From positions 323,110-387,109 of the forward strand of contig CAYJQI010000001.1 in the NCBI GenBank assembly GCA_964372485.1: 64,000 nt of DNA. The letters are read 5' to 3'. Under the pieces are notes generated by a model. The model saw nothing but the letters and a program-made list of their open reading frames with translations, was not told where the DNA came from and made no database searches. A program made the translations under genes and the position numbers. How positions within the stretch are numbered: position 1 is the stretch's first letter; each line of letters opens with the position of its first letter. Positions 60,442-64,000 of this stretch are shown here, piece after piece. Origin of the DNA: an uncultured archaeon. GTDB taxonomy: Archaea > Aenigmatarchaeota > Aenigmatarchaeia > CG10238-14 > SCSR01.

Positions 60442-60503
60442 TTATAATTACAATCACTCAATATAGTACATTAATAGGATTTAAATAGCTTTTGATAAAT
60501 CAT

Positions 60504-61205
60504 TCACTTTAATGATTTAGCGTATTCTTCACTTACTTTTTTGAATCTACCATCCTTTCGTATAACAGCCATGTCAGTTACAATTTCTCTTTTTTCCTTG
60601 TCGGCCTTTTCCGTCTTTTCTATAATGTCTAAAGCAATGTCAAACGCCTCTTTTTCAGTCAAGCTTTCCCTCCATTTTTGGTTTAATATCTTGTTTGCTA
60701 TAACAGCACCTCTCCCAATGGCTTGTGCTTTCCATTCAAACAATGTTCCTGAAGGATCGGTTTCAATCAAATGAACCCCTGTTCTGTCAACACCACCCAA
60801 GAGCATTGATACACCAAAAGGTCTCAATCCACCATATTGTGTTATAAGTTGCATTCTATTTCCAATTACCTTACCGATATTCCAAACGTCGATTGGTTCT
60901 TCGTATGTTATTTTGTGCATTTGTGCCTTGACTCGGATCATTTGTGAGAGTGCACGTGCATCAGCAATGAAACCAGCTGCTACGGCTGCCATGTGATCGT
61001 CAATTTGGAAAATCTTTTCAGTCGCATCCGACACGATCAATTTACCAGAAGGTTTAACAGTTGCTAAAACAACACCATCTTTGAATGTTATACCTAAAGC
61101 AGTACTTCCTCTTTTAACAGCCTCTTTTGCATATTCAACCTGGAATAATCGTCCATCTGGGCTGAACATAGCCATAGTACGATCATATCCCATGTATTCA
61201 GGCAT
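60504..61205 (-). CDS. psmA: Proteasome alpha subunit.
   Basis: YDRTMAMFSPDGRLFQVEYA N-terminus. Confidence 0.9.
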   Translation of the reverse strand: MPEYMGYDRTMAMFSPDGRLFQVEYAKEAVKRGSTALGITFKDGVVLATVKPSGKLIVSDATEKIFQIDDHMAAVAAGFIADARALSQMIRVKAQMHKITYEEPIDVWNIGKVIGNRMQLITQYGGLRPFGVSMLLGGVDRTGVHLIETDPSGTLFEWKAQAIGRGAVIANKILNQKWRESLTEKEAFDIALDIIEKTEKADKEKREIVTDMAVIRKDGRFKKVSEEYAKSLK

Positions 61206-61258
61206 TATATCTGGAATTCAAAATCACCTTGAGAATAAATTTCTTTCCACTATTTAAA

Positions 61259-61609
61259 TTAATTTACATTTAAGCTTTTTATCGTTCCTGACACTTTGAG
61301 TATCTTGAAAATTATCCTACTTTCACCTAGTCTGGTTATCAATCCCAGTCCTGCGATTACTTTGGGAACTGATTTATTGTTGCATCTTATTACACCCGAT
61401 TGTTCTTTTTCATTCCACAGATTTTTTACTAACCATATCGACATTTGACTAGTTCCCAATTCACCATAAAAATCTAATAATGTCGACCAAATACTTGCTT
61501 CTAAATCAGAATATGAAATTGGTTCTTCGGAAATTACTTTAAATGAAATATACCTTTCCTTCTCTCGTAATGTTGGTGAGAGGATTTTTAATTTTTCTTG
61601 TTGTTTCAT
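61259..61609 (-). CDS. rnp2: RNase P protein subunit Pop5 (Rnp2).
   Basis: RYISFKV...VSGTIK motif. Confidence 0.7.
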   Translation of the reverse strand: MKQQEKLKILSPTLREKERYISFKVISEEPISYSDLEASIWSTLLDFYGELGTSQMSIWLVKNLWNEKEQSGVIRCNNKSVPKVIAGLGLITRLGESRIIFKILKVSGTIKSLNVN

Positions 61610-62322
61610 TTCACTACCTTAACTCCAGGTAATATCCATTTTTTAGATTTTCTTTCTTTTGATTGTTTTAAAATATTTTCTGGAATTTTTGATGCAGAGT
61701 TTTCTCCTTCATCTAAATCTAGACCTAGTTGATTTGATATGGATATCATCACTTGTGGATCTCGCAATTCGAAATGAGAAATTGCACCAGAACACAAAAT
61801 TATTGGTGCTTTGAATTTTTTAGCTAATTTGATATTGTTTAAAATATTTTTCATAATGAGATTTCTTGTACGTTTACTTGCTAGAACTATTTCTCGGAAA
61901 TTTACTTCAATTGCCACATTATTTTCTGCAGCAGATTTAACTAGAACATGATTTAGTCCAGAATCATTTCTATTATTTTCAGGATGAGTTAATATGTCAA
62001 CCTCTGGAGTTTCGCATGCTAATCTGTTCATTTTTAAATCCCCTCCTTGTACTAAAAGTACATCAAACATTTTCCTTCTTTCAACAAGCTTGTGCAATTC
62101 TTTCGGATGTCTTGCTTCAAATCCAAGATAAATATCAATTCCAACTTTTCTACTGACCTTCGCAATATCTTCTTTGAGTTTTTTTATTTGATCGTCATTC
62201 TCAAAATATTCGGCAAAACAAATTCCTGTATATCCAAGTTCTTTTGCAGTTGATGCCAATTGTTCTAAACTACTATGTCCACCGCTAAATGCACTGTGAA
62301 CATGAAGATCGAAATATCGCAT
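61606..62322 (-). CDS. rnp3: RNase P protein subunit Rpp30 (Rnp3), PHP domain.
   Basis: FDLHVHS start and a TIM-barrel PHP pattern. Confidence 0.75.
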   Translation of the reverse strand: MRYFDLHVHSAFSGGHSSLEQLASTAKELGYTGICFAEYFENDDQIKKLKEDIAKVSRKVGIDIYLGFEARHPKELHKLVERRKMFDVLLVQGGDLKMNRLACETPEVDILTHPENNRNDSGLNHVLVKSAAENNVAIEVNFREIVLASKRTRNLIMKNILNNIKLAKKFKAPIILCSGAISHFELRDPQVMISISNQLGLDLDEGENSASKIPENILKQSKERKSKKWILPGVKVVK

Positions 62323-62337
62323 AAACTAATTTACAAT

Positions 62338-62904
62338 TCAATGTTTTAATTCTCTGGATTTCTTTCCAGCAGAAGTCTTTCCATGAAATACTCTTTTCTT
62401 ATTTGCAGGATTCAATACCCAATTAACATTCGAGTCACTGATTATTGTAGGGTGTTTAGGATCGACCATTATAATTTCGTACCAATCATCTACACCATCT
62501 GATCCAACCCAATAAGAATTCAAAACTTCCATGTTGGAAAATCTTCTTTGTGCTTTTTCTTCAGCTATCCATTGAAGTGATTTTGGAGTAAAATGAACAA
62601 GTCCTGCGTGTCGTGGTCCTCTTCCCTTTTCAGGTTTTCTTCTTCTTCGTCCACCTTTCTTAACTCTAACACGTGCAATCGCATATCCGAGTTTTGCTTT
62701 ATAACCTAATTCTCGTGCTTTATCTAATCTTGTTGGTCCATCGGCTCGAACAACAACATTTTGTGTTCTCCATTCCATTAATCGGTATTTGAGTAATTCT
62801 CGTAAATTTACTTTAGGCTTCTTCCAAGTTTGCCTTAAAAATCCGTAAAACCCTTTTACCATACATTCACTTTGCAGATAAGGTTTAAATCTTTTTCCTT
62901 CCAT
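62338..62904 (-). CDS. rpl15e: Ribosomal protein L15e.
   Basis: VLNSYWVG and TSAGKKSR motifs. Confidence 0.85.
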   Translation of the reverse strand: MEGKRFKPYLQSECMVKGFYGFLRQTWKKPKVNLRELLKYRLMEWRTQNVVVRADGPTRLDKARELGYKAKLGYAIARVRVKKGGRRRRKPEKGRGPRHAGLVHFTPKSLQWIAEEKAQRRFSNMEVLNSYWVGSDGVDDWYEIIMVDPKHPTIISDSNVNWVLNPANKKRVFHGKTSAGKKSRELKH

Positions 62905-62923
62905 TTAATATCTTAGGTTAAAA

Positions 62924-63187
62924 ATGTCAGGATCCTTACTCAAAATAATAATTGGTGCTATTCTTGTTGTCGTAAGTGTGTGGTGGATTGCTCAAGGTTC
63001 TAGTTACATAGATCCTGTGAAAAGCTCATCTCTTGTAACAAGCAGACCAGCACTTGCTGATTTGATAGTTTTGGCCAATGGCGGATTGCCTCCATTTATT
63101 GCACTTGTAGGACTTTTAATTGTCTGGTTGGAATGGGATAGCTTTAAGATGCAAAAAGAAGTTGCTAAAGAAGAAAAGAAAAGCTAA
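62924..63187 (+). CDS. Small membrane protein.
   Basis: Two TM helices with a K/E tail. Confidence 0.35.
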   Translation: MSGSLLKIIIGAILVVVSVWWIAQGSSYIDPVKSSSLVTSRPALADLIVLANGGLPPFIALVGLLIVWLEWDSFKMQKEVAKEEKKS

Positions 63188-63199
63188 ACAACTATATTT

Positions 63200-64000
63200 A
63201 TGGGAGTTCAAATATCCAGCATAATTCCTTCTAAAGAAATTGAATTAACAGATCTATCAGGGAAAAAAATAGCCATTGATGCGTTCAACACAATTTTCCA
63301 ATTTCTTTCAATTATTCGAGACCGAATGACAGGAGAACCTCTGAAAGATCATAATGGAAATATTACAAGCCATCTTTCAGGATTGTTATACAGAAACATG
63401 AATTTAATTGAAGCCGGAATAACTCCTGTGTTTGTTTTTGATGGTGCATATCCGGAGTTCAAGAAAAAAACTGTGGAAGCACGTCGACGGGTTAGAGAAG
63501 AAGCAATGAAAAAATGGGAGGAAGCTGTTCGTAAAGGAGAGAAAGCGATGAAATATGCACAAGCAGCTTCTGAAATGAGTGATGAAATTTTGGAGAGTTC
63601 TAAAAAAATTCTAGATTTAATGGGAATATCTTGGATACAAGCTCCATCTGAAGGTGAAGCACAATGTTCACATATGTGTAAAAAAGGTGATGTTTTTGCA
63701 ACAGGATCACAAGATTCTGATAGTATATTATTTGGTTCACCGAGACTTGCTAGAAATCTTTCAATAAGTGGAAGAAAGAAATTACCTGGTAAAGAAGTTT
63801 TTATTGAAGTCAAACCACAGTTGATAGAGTTACAGAATGTTTTGAAAATACTTGATTTGACTCGGGAACAATTGATAATGATTGGATTGTTAATTGGGAC
63901 TGATTATAATGAAGGAGTAAAAGGTGTTGGACCAAAGACAGCATTGAAGTTGGTTAAAGAACACAAGACTTTGGATAAGCTTTTGTCCGCAGTTGAATTC
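63200..64000 (+). CDS. fen: Flap endonuclease FEN1, truncated at the window end.
   Basis: [10 protein letters not shown]...[21 protein letters not shown]...TSHLSGL...ITPVFVFDG. Absent from the ORF track because there is no stop codon within the window. Confidence 0.85.
   Translation, partial: MGVQISSIIPSKEIELTDLSGKKIAIDAFNTIFQFLSIIRDRMTGEPLKDHNGNITSHLSGLLYRNMNLIEAGITPVFVFDGAYPEFKKKTVEARRRVREEAMKKWEEAVRKGEKAMKYAQAASEMSDEILESSKKILDLMGISWIQAPSEGEAQCSHMCKKGDVFATGSQDSDSILFGSPRLARNLSISGRKKLPGKEVFIEVKPQLIELQNVLKILDLTREQLIMIGLLIGTDYNEGVKGVGPKTALKLVKEHKTLDKLLSAVEF

Noticed and set aside
63349-63813. 154-aa minus-strand ORF.
   Set aside because: Antisense to the clearly recognisable FEN1 N-terminus.
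1-64000. Search for CRISPR arrays, transposases or integrases.
   Set aside because: No direct-repeat arrays or recognisable recombinase motifs were seen by eye.

Overview
This 64 kb window is low-GC (about 30 %) and gene-dense. Its content points to an archaeon with a compact genome: archaeal mre11-rad50, aIF5B, aIF2-gamma, the exosome/proteasome/RNase P superoperon, H+-pyrophosphatase, geranylgeranyl reductase, intron-containing tRNAs and class-III-signal-peptide pilins. Gene calls rest on recognised motifs read by eye. No search was run.

The most distinctive feature is an Epd/Tad-like type IV pilus locus of about 8.8 kb (4049-12874). It has five or six pilin-like genes, one of which carries a vWA/MIDAS adhesin-like domain. 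It also has a CBS-domain putative regulator, a FlaI/TadA-type ATPase and a platform protein split into two half-size genes. This locus sits directly behind mre11-rad50 on the same strand, separated only by tiny gaps or overlaps, and is closed off by a convergent herA-like ATPase. That herA has no nurA beside it; its neighbour is a second Mre11-like phosphoesterase.

Other notable items:
- Two tRNA-Arg genes (CCU and UCU) each carry a short intron at a non-canonical site between the D-arm and the anticodon stem.
- A 130-nt segment at 34720-34850 reaches about 65 % GC, shows an abrupt codon-usage break and can form strong local pairing. It may be an embedded structured RNA.
- Several GC-elevated genes look like foreign islands, including a cupin-like plus unknown gene pair at 37460-38735.
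- Small ribosomal protein genes S27ae and L39e fall below the ORF-track size cut-off.
- Flap endonuclease FEN1 is truncated at the window end.

No CRISPR array, transposase or integrase was seen.
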